From NCBI GenBank assembly GCA_028704635.1, contig JAQWFB010000001.1:5541-69540 (forward strand): 64,000 nucleotides of DNA. The letters are read 5' to 3'. Below the pieces are notes generated by a model, which ran no database searches, was not told the origin of the DNA, and was given only the letters and a program-made list of their open reading frames with translations. Positions 55,425 to 64,000 of this stretch are shown here, one piece after another. Both the position numbers and the translations under genes were made by a program. Source of the DNA: Candidatus Shapirobacteria bacterium (lineage in GTDB: Bacteria; Patescibacteriota; Microgenomatia; UBA12405). Positions within the stretch are counted from its first letter, which is position 1; each line of letters starts with the position of its first letter.

Positions 55425-56690
55425 TTACACCTTTTTCTTTCCCTTCTTTCCCGCCAATCCAATAATCCAAGAAATAAATATTAAAGCAACCAATCCTCCA
55501 ATAAGTACCATTAATGATTTGTTTTCTGAAAAAATTCCAATTTCAAACCCTTGTTTAAATTCATCTCTAATATTAGTGTTGTAAAGAGTGTTTAATACTA
55601 ATGTGTATTTACCTTTATCTAATAACAATCCTTCAAATGTTTTATTAAAGACTCCTTCTGTTTGTATTGTTGTATTATCAGCTGATCTATAATATTCTTT
55701 TCCTTTTTCATCAACTATAGTAAATGTCATTTCTACTGGTGTATCTTTATTTCCAAAACTAACAAAAGTTACTCTAGCAGTTAATTCAGATACACTAGTA
55801 ATTTGTGTTTTATCAACAATTAGGGCGATATCAAAAAGTCGATTACTAATTTCTGAAGCAGGAACAAAACCCTCAGCAACAGTAACCACGGCTCTTGTTT
55901 CACCAACAGGAATACTTGATACCTCATTTGACCAATCACCTGGCATACAGTCATTAATAGCTTTTATCTTAAAGTAATATCTAGTTCCACCAGATAATCC
56001 TCTGATTGTATAACTAGTGGTATCAGCATTTCCTACGTTTGGATTACCATATTCAATTGATCCAGAAGAAGTTCCATAAGCTACTAAATAATGAGTAAAT
56101 GGATTACTTGCTTTTGACCAAGTTAAAGTAATACTATTATCTCCATTTACTGTATTAGTAATAGTTGGTGCACTTCCTGGTTTAGTTGCAGTACAGGCTG
56201 GTGCTGCCCAACCAGTAGAGGTTGTAGAGGTTGAAGTAATAAAAGTTGAAACACATGTTGGTCGCCAATCCGTTTTTACATCGCAATTTGCACAATCAAA
56301 ACTAATTCTTCCTGCTGTCGAGCCAGATGTCCCAATTGTACCAGTAAATTTACCGCTAGAGTCAATTTTTGCCCCAGAAAAACTAATCCATCCTAATGTT
56401 CCAGACCAAGCATATCCACCTAAAATTCCAGAACAATTATTAGTTACACCGCTAGTAGATGGAGATAGATTAATCCATCCATAATTAGAATTCCAGGCAT
56501 ATCCAGTTACGGTTGAATCAGTAACAGAAATATTTCCTCCATTGGCCAAAAAATTAATCCATCCCATATTTTCTCCCCAAGCATAGGCACTACTTCCAAT
56601 AATACTTCCCGACGACGCCAAAACTTTAATCAAACCAAAATTTAAAAATAAACTAACAACTAAAAATATTGTTACTAATATTTTTTTCAT
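55425..56690 (-). CDS. Surface protein with GYAW..GWI repeats and fibronectin type III domain
   Basis: Three AW..N.GWI repeats, FN3 (LTWS...YTIRGLSGGTRYYFKIKA), C-terminal TM. Confidence 0.85.
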   Translation of the reverse strand: MKKILVTIFLVVSLFLNFGLIKVLASSGSIIGSSAYAWGENMGWINFLANGGNISVTDSTVTGYAWNSNYGWINLSPSTSGVTNNCSGILGGYAWSGTLGWISFSGAKIDSSGKFTGTIGTSGSTAGRISFDCANCDVKTDWRPTCVSTFITSTSTTSTGWAAPACTATKPGSAPTITNTVNGDNSITLTWSKASNPFTHYLVAYGTSSGSIEYGNPNVGNADTTSYTIRGLSGGTRYYFKIKAINDCMPGDWSNEVSSIPVGETRAVVTVAEGFVPASEISNRLFDIALIVDKTQITSVSELTARVTFVSFGNKDTPVEMTFTIVDEKGKEYYRSADNTTIQTEGVFNKTFEGLLLDKGKYTLVLNTLYNTNIRDEFKQGFEIGIFSENKSLMVLIGGLVALIFISWIIGLAGKKGKKKV

Positions 56691-56692
56691 GT

Positions 56693-57217
56693 TTAATTTT
56701 CCGGTGTTTCAGTGGGCGTTTTAGTTGGTATCTCAGTTGGTGTTTCAGCGGGCGTTTTAGTTGGTATCTCAGTTGGTGTGGTATTTTGATCACTATTACC
56801 AATCAGCAAGGGAGCAAATTCTATAACTTTTTGAGTTGATGGACGATATAAAATTGCTTTTTTTGCATTAGCATAAATCAGTATTTTGTCCCCATTCTCT
56901 GATTTTTTAAAAAAATCTTGGTCTTTTAACTTTTCTTTATCAGTTACTGTCGCCAATGTCGGTGTTTCATCTACTGGCAAATCCATAAATTTACTAATTA
57001 CTGTAGTAAGTGATTTGATTTCATCAGTTGAAATTTTATTCGGATTTTCCTTAATTTCTTTATATTGCTTATAAAAATACGCCGCCGCCGCCAAAGAACT
57101 AAAAATTAATATGACAATAAAAATTGTAAAACTAACTTTGGCTATTTTTTTATACATGTACATATAAAAACATGTATAGATTAAAAAATTATTAAAAGTT
57201 TTACTATCTTGCATCAC
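56693..57217 (-). CDS. Membrane-anchored hypothetical protein with PT-rich tail
   Basis: TM helix, LP.DETPTLATVTD...FF...NGDKILIY; start uncertain. Confidence 0.75.
   Translation of the reverse strand: MMQDSKTFNNFLIYTCFYMYMYKKIAKVSFTIFIVILIFSSLAAAAYFYKQYKEIKENPNKISTDEIKSLTTVISKFMDLPVDETPTLATVTDKEKLKDQDFFKKSENGDKILIYANAKKAILYRPSTQKVIEFAPLLIGNSDQNTTPTEIPTKTPAETPTEIPTKTPTETPEN
56703..56779. repeat. 36-bp coding tandem repeat (2 copies)
   Basis: ggtgtttcag(t/c)gggcgttttagttggtatctcagtt x2, encoding the TPTEIPTKTP repeat. Confidence 0.85.
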
Positions 57218-57247
57218 CTAGTACCTGGTGTATAATCAGCTTATAAA

Positions 57248-57577
57248 ATGAAAGATACTAATGAACAAAATTCACAGCTGCGTAAAGGCCTTCTTGAATT
57301 GGCGGTTATGTTGGTAATTAAACAAGGTTCTGTTTATGCCAGTGATATTCTTAAAAAACTAAAAGACAGTCAATTATTAGTAGTTGAAGGAACTTTATAT
57401 CCTTTATTAAGCCGTCTCAAGAACGAAGGCGACTTGGAATATGAATGGAAAGAATCAAAAAATGGTCCTCCTCGAAAATATTATCATTTAACCCAACAGG
57501 GGATTAATAAACTATCAAAATCAATGGAAATTTGGTCGAATTTAAACAAATCAATTATTTCTTTAAACAAAAAATAA
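57248..57577 (+). CDS. PadR family regulator
   Basis: QLRKGLLEL, EGTLYPLLSRL, GPPRKYY. Confidence 0.93.
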   Translation: MKDTNEQNSQLRKGLLELAVMLVIKQGSVYASDILKKLKDSQLLVVEGTLYPLLSRLKNEGDLEYEWKESKNGPPRKYYHLTQQGINKLSKSMEIWSNLNKSIISLNKK

Positions 57578-57578
57578 A

Positions 57579-59609
57579 ATGAAAAAAACCATCAGTGTTA
57601 ATTTAAATCGACAAATTTTTTATTTGGATATTGATGCCTATGATAAATTAGAAGAGTATCTCAATTCCATTAAAAAATATTTTAAAAATCAAAGTTCTTT
57701 TGAAGTAATTGACGATATTGAGGCCAGAATTGCCGAAAAATTTGAGGAAATTATTAATAAATCTAAAAAAGCAATACAAATTATTGATGTTGAAAAAATT
57801 ATTGAAGAGATGGGAACTGTTGATGATATTACTGGAGAAGACGAAGAAATAGAAACTAAAACCGAAACTGAAAAGATAAAAAAGAAATTATTTCGTGATC
57901 CAGAAAATAAAATTCTAACCGGTGCCGCTGCTGGATTTGGTTGGTATTTTGGAATCAAATCTATTTTTATTAGAATTGTTCTATTAATTCTATTTTTCAA
58001 TCCTTCCACAACATGGCTAGCTGTTATTTTATACATCGCTTCTTGGTTAATTATTCCCGAAGCTAAAACTAATTGGGAAAAATTAGAGATGAAAGGCAAG
58101 CCCACCACTGTTAATGAACTTCAAACTGCTGTTGAAGAAAAAACTTCCAAAGTCGTTTCTAATATTGAAGCTAAAACCAGAAATATTATTCAAAAAATAT
58201 TTTCTTTTTTTAGTAATGTCATTAAATTTTGCTGGATTTGGTTTTGGAAAATAAGCGGTTTTTTCGCCTTAATATTCACCATTTTAACCATAATGGCAGT
58301 GACAATCGGAATGATTTTTGTCTATCTTTATCCAAATATGCCATATTTCGATTTTAGTTTCTTAAAAGCCATTAGAGCTCCTTGGTTAGAAATCGCTTAT
58401 GTTGCCCTCGGTTTAGTTATATTAACTCCCTTTATCTTTATAATTGATCTAGCCGACAGCTTAATGAGATTAAAATGGCGCGTCTCCGTCCAAAAAATAA
58501 TAATCTTATTAATTATCTGGATAGCATCTCTAGTTGTTCTTTCTGGTATCGCCAAAATAAATTATCCCCAATACAAAGATAGTTTAAATAATTCCATCCA
58601 ACATTTGAAATATATTAATTACATCGATGAGTCAAATTCTGAAATTCTTAAAATCGGCAAAGTTTCTGAAATTGATATTTCTTCGGTTAAAGAAGTCAAA
58701 ATTATTGAAGGTAATGAAAATGAAGTAAAAATCATTGGTAGTCAATATTCGATTAAAGAATTAAATCAAAATTATCAAGATGGAAAACTTATCATCAATG
58801 GCAAATCAGAAAAATGGTTTAATTGTCATGATTGCTCCGGTTATACCAGTACTGTCAGAGTTGAAATTAAAACTAAAAATATCAATTCTCTTAAATTAGA
58901 TAACGATATTGATGCCTGGTATTTTCCAAATGGAAATAACATCAACATCGAAGTTGGTAACAGAGTCGGCCTTAAAATCGAAGGTATTTTGAATAAAGCT
59001 TCAATAAAAGTTGGTCAAAATTCAGTGATCAATATGCTTGATACTAAAATTACCGAGATCAATACCGACCTTTACAATGGTGTAATTAAAACTCAAGCTA
59101 AAAAAATTAAAATCACTGGCAATGAAAATTCAACTTTAATATATCAAGGCTCACCCGAAATTATTAGTGATAAAAGTGATAAAACCAATAAAGAAAAATA
59201 TATTTTATCTGAAGATTACGACAAAATAGAAAAGGCGATTATGGATACTCTTATCAATGTCGATGGTATCAAAAAGAAAATAAAAGATTTTGACTGGACC
59301 AAAGAATTTGAAAAACAAAGCGATTATGGTTTTTATAATATCTTTACAGCTGTTAGGTCTATAGAAAATAATAAAGTTTATATTATTTGGTTAATCGAAA
59401 AAAACGGAACTATTAGTCAAAAAACTTTTACCAAAATAGATAATTGGGAAGAAGTCCACTATTTAAATTTAGTCAACGATAAATTTTTAAGAATTAATGG
59501 ACAAGTTTATGGTCCAGATTTAAAAGAAGAGACCAAAGAATTTTATATTGATAAAACAAAAGGTATTTTACAAATTAAACCAGAAACAAATCTAGAAATA
59601 GAAGAATAA
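57579..59609 (+). CDS. PspC-domain membrane protein with DUF2807-like extracellular region
   Basis: MKKTISVNL...DAYDKLEEYL...DIEARIAE, KKLFRDPENKILTG PspC motif. Confidence 0.85.
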   Translation: MKKTISVNLNRQIFYLDIDAYDKLEEYLNSIKKYFKNQSSFEVIDDIEARIAEKFEEIINKSKKAIQIIDVEKIIEEMGTVDDITGEDEEIETKTETEKIKKKLFRDPENKILTGAAAGFGWYFGIKSIFIRIVLLILFFNPSTTWLAVILYIASWLIIPEAKTNWEKLEMKGKPTTVNELQTAVEEKTSKVVSNIEAKTRNIIQKIFSFFSNVIKFCWIWFWKISGFFALIFTILTIMAVTIGMIFVYLYPNMPYFDFSFLKAIRAPWLEIAYVALGLVILTPFIFIIDLADSLMRLKWRVSVQKIIILLIIWIASLVVLSGIAKINYPQYKDSLNNSIQHLKYINYIDESNSEILKIGKVSEIDISSVKEVKIIEGNENEVKIIGSQYSIKELNQNYQDGKLIINGKSEKWFNCHDCSGYTSTVRVEIKTKNINSLKLDNDIDAWYFPNGNNINIEVGNRVGLKIEGILNKASIKVGQNSVINMLDTKITEINTDLYNGVIKTQAKKIKITGNENSTLIYQGSPEIISDKSDKTNKEKYILSEDYDKIEKAIMDTLINVDGIKKKIKDFDWTKEFEKQSDYGFYNIFTAVRSIENNKVYIIWLIEKNGTISQKTFTKIDNWEEVHYLNLVNDKFLRINGQVYGPDLKEETKEFYIDKTKGILQIKPETNLEIEE

Positions 59610-59613
59610 TTTT

Positions 59614-60642
59614 ATGAAAAAAAATAAAAAAAAGATAATCATTATTTTAATTATTTTAATTATTTTGATAATAATTGGTTCTTTTATATTTTTTAATGTA
59701 AAAAAATCCAAAAATAATTCAAAAGGTATTACTACCACTGTTCAAAGTAAAAATTTGCAGGAAAAAATTTATTTATCGGGCTCTCTAAACGCTTCTTCAA
59801 AAGCTAAAGTAAGTTTTATTAGCGATAGTAAAATTACTTGGATTGGAGTCAAAGAGGGTGACGAAGTTAAAAAATTTCAAGGCTTAGCTAAACAAGATAC
59901 TAGTGAAGTTGAAAAATCATTAAAATTAAGTCTCAATAGTTATCTATCTACTAGATGGGATTTTGACAAGACCACTCAAGATAACAAATATTTAGACCAA
60001 GCCGATAAAACTATGGCTAGAGATATGAAGCTGTTAGTTGATAAAGCTCAATTATCTTTAGATGATTCTGTAATTGATGTTGATTTAAAAAATATGGCTA
60101 TTAAAAAATCATATTTATCCAGTCCAATTAAAGGAATTGTCACCAAAGCTCCAACATCTCAAACTGGTTCTTATCCAAATGCCGATGATTATTTTGAAAT
60201 AGTTGATCCAGCTACTGAATATATTTCTGCTATGGTTGGGCAACAAGATGTTATTAAACTAAAAGTTGGTCAAAAAGCTAAAATCACTCTCGATTCTTAT
60301 CGTGAATTACCATTTGAAGCTACTGTTAATTACATTTCTTATAACCCAGTTGACACCACCAACAACAAATATGAAGTGAAATTAATCTATACTCGCCAAC
60401 CGGAAAAATATAATTATCATCTGGGAATGACCGGAGAAATAGAAGTCTTATTATCAGAAAAAAATGACGCTCTCGTTTTACCTCGCCAATATATCTCTAG
60501 TGATATGGGAAAAAGATTTGTCACTATTACCAACAATAATTCAACTGAAAAAAGAGAGGTAACTACTGGTATGGAAAATTACGAAGAAATTGAAATACTT
60601 TCTGGTCTAAAAGTCGGCGATACTGTCAGTTACTCAAAATAA
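59614..60642 (+). CDS. Efflux RND periplasmic adaptor (MacA/HlyD-like)
   Basis: VKEGDEVKK, SPIKGIV, LKVGQKA, EILSGLKVGD. Confidence 0.9.
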   Translation: MKKNKKKIIIILIILIILIIIGSFIFFNVKKSKNNSKGITTTVQSKNLQEKIYLSGSLNASSKAKVSFISDSKITWIGVKEGDEVKKFQGLAKQDTSEVEKSLKLSLNSYLSTRWDFDKTTQDNKYLDQADKTMARDMKLLVDKAQLSLDDSVIDVDLKNMAIKKSYLSSPIKGIVTKAPTSQTGSYPNADDYFEIVDPATEYISAMVGQQDVIKLKVGQKAKITLDSYRELPFEATVNYISYNPVDTTNNKYEVKLIYTRQPEKYNYHLGMTGEIEVLLSEKNDALVLPRQYISSDMGKRFVTITNNNSTEKREVTTGMENYEEIEILSGLKVGDTVSYSK

Positions 60643-60645
60643 TTT

Positions 60646-61335
60646 ATGACCAAAACTAATTCCATTATCGAGGCCAAAAATATTATCCGTACTTACGGAC
60701 AAAAAGATGATATTTGCAAAGCTTTAGACGGTGTTTCTTTTACTATTAATAAAGGTGAAAGCGTTGCCATCATTGGTAAGTCTGGCAGCGGCAAATCCAC
60801 TCTAATGCATATTTTGGCTTGTCTTGATAAACCCACCTCAGGTGAATTGTTAATTAATGGAACTGATGTTTCTAAAATGTCAGAAAAACAGCAAGAAATA
60901 TTAAGAGGGGAAAGTTTTGGTTTTGTTTTTCAACAGTTTTTTTTAAATCCCAATGACACTGTTTTAGAAAATGTCATTTTACCTTTAAAAATTAACGGTC
61001 AAGATAATCGAAAAATTAGAGAAGAAAAAGGCATAAAAATACTTGAAGAAGTTGATCTCTTAAATAAAAAAAATAATAAGGCCAAAAATTTATCCGGCGG
61101 TCAAAAACAAAGAGTTTGCATCGCCAGGGCTTTGGTAGGAAATCCTCAAATAGTTTTTGCCGATGAACCAACAGGAAATCTTGATAGTACTAACGGAGAA
61201 ACAATTGAAAAAATTTTATTTGGGTTAAACAAAAAGGGGATTACTCTCATTTTAGTTACCCACGACCAAGAACTTGCCCAAAAATGTCAAAAACAAATAA
61301 TGATTAAAGACGGCAAAATTGTCAATAAATTATGA
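60646..61335 (+). CDS. ABC transporter ATP-binding protein (MacB/LolD type)
   Basis: GKSGSGKST, LSGGQKQR, ADEPTGNLD. Confidence 0.95.
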   Translation: MTKTNSIIEAKNIIRTYGQKDDICKALDGVSFTINKGESVAIIGKSGSGKSTLMHILACLDKPTSGELLINGTDVSKMSEKQQEILRGESFGFVFQQFFLNPNDTVLENVILPLKINGQDNRKIREEKGIKILEEVDLLNKKNNKAKNLSGGQKQRVCIARALVGNPQIVFADEPTGNLDSTNGETIEKILFGLNKKGITLILVTHDQELAQKCQKQIMIKDGKIVNKL

Positions 61336-62582
61336 AAATAAACGATATTATCACCACTGCAAATAATAACCTTTTTAGAAACAAAACTAGAACTATATTG
61401 ACAACTCTGGCAATTATAATTGGGTCTATCACTTTATTAGTTGCCGAAAGTGTCGGCAATGGTTTTGAACAATATGTCTCCAATAATTTAGAAACCGGTT
61501 CATCTCAGATTTTTAGATTGACAAAAAAAGGTGCAGATAAATATAAATATGGAGAAATTACTAAATTTAAAGATTCAGATCAAGAAGATGACACTCAAGT
61601 TTTTAGGTCATCAGATATTGGTTATCTCAAAAACACTTATCCCTCTATTATTAAAGATGTTTTTTATCCTCAATATCTTAGTTTAGCTTCCATTTCTCGA
61701 AATGGTTATGAAAAATTTACTGGTTCAGCAGGTGTAATTTATCCTGATAGTTCGGCAAAATTAATTAGCGGTAAAACTCCTGAATTTAATCAAATATTAA
61801 TTAGCCAAGAATATGTTGAGCCTCTTGGTTTTTTAAACGCTGATGATGCTGTTGGTAAAGTAGTCACTATTAATGTTTGGGATAATAACCAAAAAACATC
61901 TCGAGAATTTTCTTTAGTTATTTCTGGTGTCACTCATAAAAGTGAAAGTACTTATCCGCTTCAAATAAGTTACGAAACCGCCACCCATATTAATCAAATA
62001 GTTTCTCCTCAATCTGTTAATCCTCAGTCGTCAAATTATTTACAGATATACACCAGAGATTTATCGGAGACAGAGTTGGCTGAATTTAAAGAAAAGTTAT
62101 CAAATACTGGAATTGAAGCCTCTTCTTATGAAGATCAAAATAAACAAATGTTTCAAATTGTAGATATTTTAAGAGCCGTAATGCTTGGTGTCGCTGCTGT
62201 TTCTTTAGCTGTCGCCACTTTTGGAATTGTTAATACTGTTTTGATGGGAATCCTAGAAAGAACCAAAGAAATCGGTTTAATGAAAGCTCTTGGTGGCAGT
62301 AAAAAAATGGTCTTTCAATTATTTACTTTTGAAGCCGCCTGTATTGGTTTTTGGGGTTATATCTTTTCAGTAGTTCTCGCCATAATCTTAGGGTTAATTA
62401 TAAATCCAATATCACACGCCACTTTCTTAAAAGATATTGACGAATTTACTCTATATGTTTTAACTCCTCTTTCAGTCATAAAAATATTCTTTGTCGTCAT
62501 GGCTGTATCATTTGGCGCTAGCTTTTTTCCTTCCCTAAAAGCTTCAAAATTAAATCCCATCGACGCACTCCGATCTGAATAA
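61332..62582 (+). CDS. ABC transporter permease (MacB/FtsX type)
   Basis: RNKTRTILT, ERTKEIGLMKALG, PIDALRSE. Confidence 0.93.
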   Translation: MKINDIITTANNNLFRNKTRTILTTLAIIIGSITLLVAESVGNGFEQYVSNNLETGSSQIFRLTKKGADKYKYGEITKFKDSDQEDDTQVFRSSDIGYLKNTYPSIIKDVFYPQYLSLASISRNGYEKFTGSAGVIYPDSSAKLISGKTPEFNQILISQEYVEPLGFLNADDAVGKVVTINVWDNNQKTSREFSLVISGVTHKSESTYPLQISYETATHINQIVSPQSVNPQSSNYLQIYTRDLSETELAEFKEKLSNTGIEASSYEDQNKQMFQIVDILRAVMLGVAAVSLAVATFGIVNTVLMGILERTKEIGLMKALGGSKKMVFQLFTFEAACIGFWGYIFSVVLAIILGLIINPISHATFLKDIDEFTLYVLTPLSVIKIFFVVMAVSFGASFFPSLKASKLNPIDALRSE

Positions 62583-62592
62583 TAATAAAAAC

Positions 62593-62940
62593 TTACTTTA
62601 TTTTTTTTAAAAAATAAGATTCCTTTACCCAATCCATAAATTTGTCATCAATTTCTTTAGTTGATTTTATTTTAAAAACACCCAGCTTAGACCTAATTTC
62701 CAAATTTTCTTTCTTTGGTAAAATAGCCAAAAAATCATAATTACTAAAAAAATGAATACAACAGGGGAGAGAAATTATTTTACATTTTCCAATTTCATTA
62801 TTAATTTTTTTCACCAAAAATTCAAACAAATCTTTTGCACTGTCTTTATTTTTAAAATGTTCTTCAAGAGAAATTTTATTACAACTATGCATCTGTCCTT
62901 TTTTTTCAAAAATTCTCCCACATTTTTTGCATTTCCACAT
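62593..62940 (-). CDS. DUF5655-like protein with N-terminal zinc finger
   Basis: WKCKKCGRIF...HSC; EIDDKFMDWVKESY. Confidence 0.7.
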   Translation of the reverse strand: MWKCKKCGRIFEKKGQMHSCNKISLEEHFKNKDSAKDLFEFLVKKINNEIGKCKIISLPCCIHFFSNYDFLAILPKKENLEIRSKLGVFKIKSTKEIDDKFMDWVKESYFLKKIK

Positions 62941-62951
62941 AAATAATTATA

Positions 62952-64000
62952 TTACTCAAATCTTAAAGCATCAATTGCATGAAGCTTAGCTGCTTTTTGG
63001 GCTGGATATAGGCCAAATATAATACCAACCGATATTGATATTATGGTGGCAATCACCACCCAAACCATATTAACAATAAAAGGAATTCCTACTAAAACCG
63101 AAACTAAATACGTGATTCCTATTCCCAAGATAATGCCAATAAACCCACCAACAGTAGTAATAATAGAAGATTCTACTAAAAATTGGCTAAGAATATCTTT
63201 ACGCTTAGCCCCAATTGATTTAAGTAATCCAATTTCTTTAGTCCTCTCAGTAACCGATACTAACATTATATTCATCACTCCTATTCCTCCCACCACCAAC
63301 GATATTGCTGAAATACCGGTAATAAAAAGAGTAAGCACATTAGTAATAGTTTCAAAAATATTTAATGATTCAGTAAAACTTTCCATAATGAAATCATTTT
63401 CTTCATCATCAGCAATTTTTCGATAATCTTTCAAAACTAACTCCACTTCATCCATAGTTTCTTTAATATAATCAGTATTTTTAACTTCAACATCAATCTC
63501 CACTAATTCATCAACTCCAGTAATTTGATGTTGTAGAGTTTCCAATGGAAGAGTAATTGAAGTATTAAAAAAACTACCAAATAAATTTCCACCACTTTTG
63601 GAAACACCAATAACCGAAAACCGCATTTCATCGATCTTAATTGATTCACCAACCGGATCAGTATTCTCACCAAACAATTTATCCGCCACCTCCGAACCAA
63701 TAACTGCCACTCGACTATTAATATCATCGTTCGTCAAAAATTCACCATAAATCATGTTTGGTTTTAAAAGAGTTTCTCCTTCTGGAGTCATACCATAAAC
63801 ACTAACCCGAATAGATTCGTCATTTGCCGAAACTGCCTTACTGGTCATCGAAAATTCCACCACGTTTTGAATATTAGAAATATTAGCATCTTTAATGGCC
63901 GAAACGTCTCCAGTCGTCAATGGTTCTCCACCACCAGTTATCGCACTCATCATATTATTTCCTGGATTTATCTGAAAAAAATTTGTCCCGAAAGAACTAA
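62952..64000 (-). CDS. ABC transporter permease (MacB/FtsX type), 5' end beyond the window
   Basis: GGIGVMNIMLVSVTERTKEIG, AIDALRFE; frame open to the window edge. Confidence 0.93.
   Translation of the reverse strand, partial: SSFGTNFFQINPGNNMMSAITGGGEPLTTGDVSAIKDANISNIQNVVEFSMTSKAVSANDESIRVSVYGMTPEGETLLKPNMIYGEFLTNDDINSRVAVIGSEVADKLFGENTDPVGESIKIDEMRFSVIGVSKSGGNLFGSFFNTSITLPLETLQHQITGVDELVEIDVEVKNTDYIKETMDEVELVLKDYRKIADDEENDFIMESFTESLNIFETITNVLTLFITGISAISLVVGGIGVMNIMLVSVTERTKEIGLLKSIGAKRKDILSQFLVESSIITTVGGFIGIILGIGITYLVSVLVGIPFIVNMVWVVIATIISISVGIIFGLYPAQKAAKLHAIDALRFE

Noticed and set aside
1-64000. CRISPR array or cas genes
   Set aside because: No regularly spaced repeat-spacer array or Cas motifs seen; the repeats found are att sites, hairpins or coding repeats.

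Overview
AT-rich bacterial chromosome segment whose gene content and style (O-antigen-ligase-like gene, LysM/Ig/FN3/PT-repeat surface proteins, ppsA, buk, few Shine-Dalgarno motifs, -10 boxes directly before ATG) suggest a Patescibacteria/CPR organism, probably Microgenomates-like; this taxonomy is inference. Two housekeeping blocks (1-5.1 kb and 29.9-64 kb, with tRNA-Thr, -Gly, -Lys, -Glu) flank a ~24.6 kb accessory island (about 5.13-29.73 kb) at the 3' end of tRNA-Asp(GTC). The island resolves into three tandem integrative elements separated by GCGGGC-core junctions. E0 (~2 kb) has no recombinase or Rep; it keeps only cis sites (an att arm nearly identical to that of E2, half of the E2 origin hairpin, a conserved hairpin) and carries a TIR + membrane-protein pair and a SHOCT protein. 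E1 (~16.5 kb) has a large serine recombinase, an HTH replication initiator with internal iterons, and a DISARM class II-like cluster in which DrmC is absent and a NERD-UvrD nuclease-helicase is present. E2 (~6.1 kb) has a large serine recombinase, an HUH rolling-circle Rep with a cruciform origin candidate, and DUF4145/PIN/methyltransferase cargo. The att crossover lies inside each recombinase gene, so the recombinase C-termini are swapped by integration. The core region also holds a FakA-FakB fusion flanked by two plsY genes plus pgsA, a candidate fatty-acid scavenging route. All family assignments come from motif recognition by eye, not database searches.
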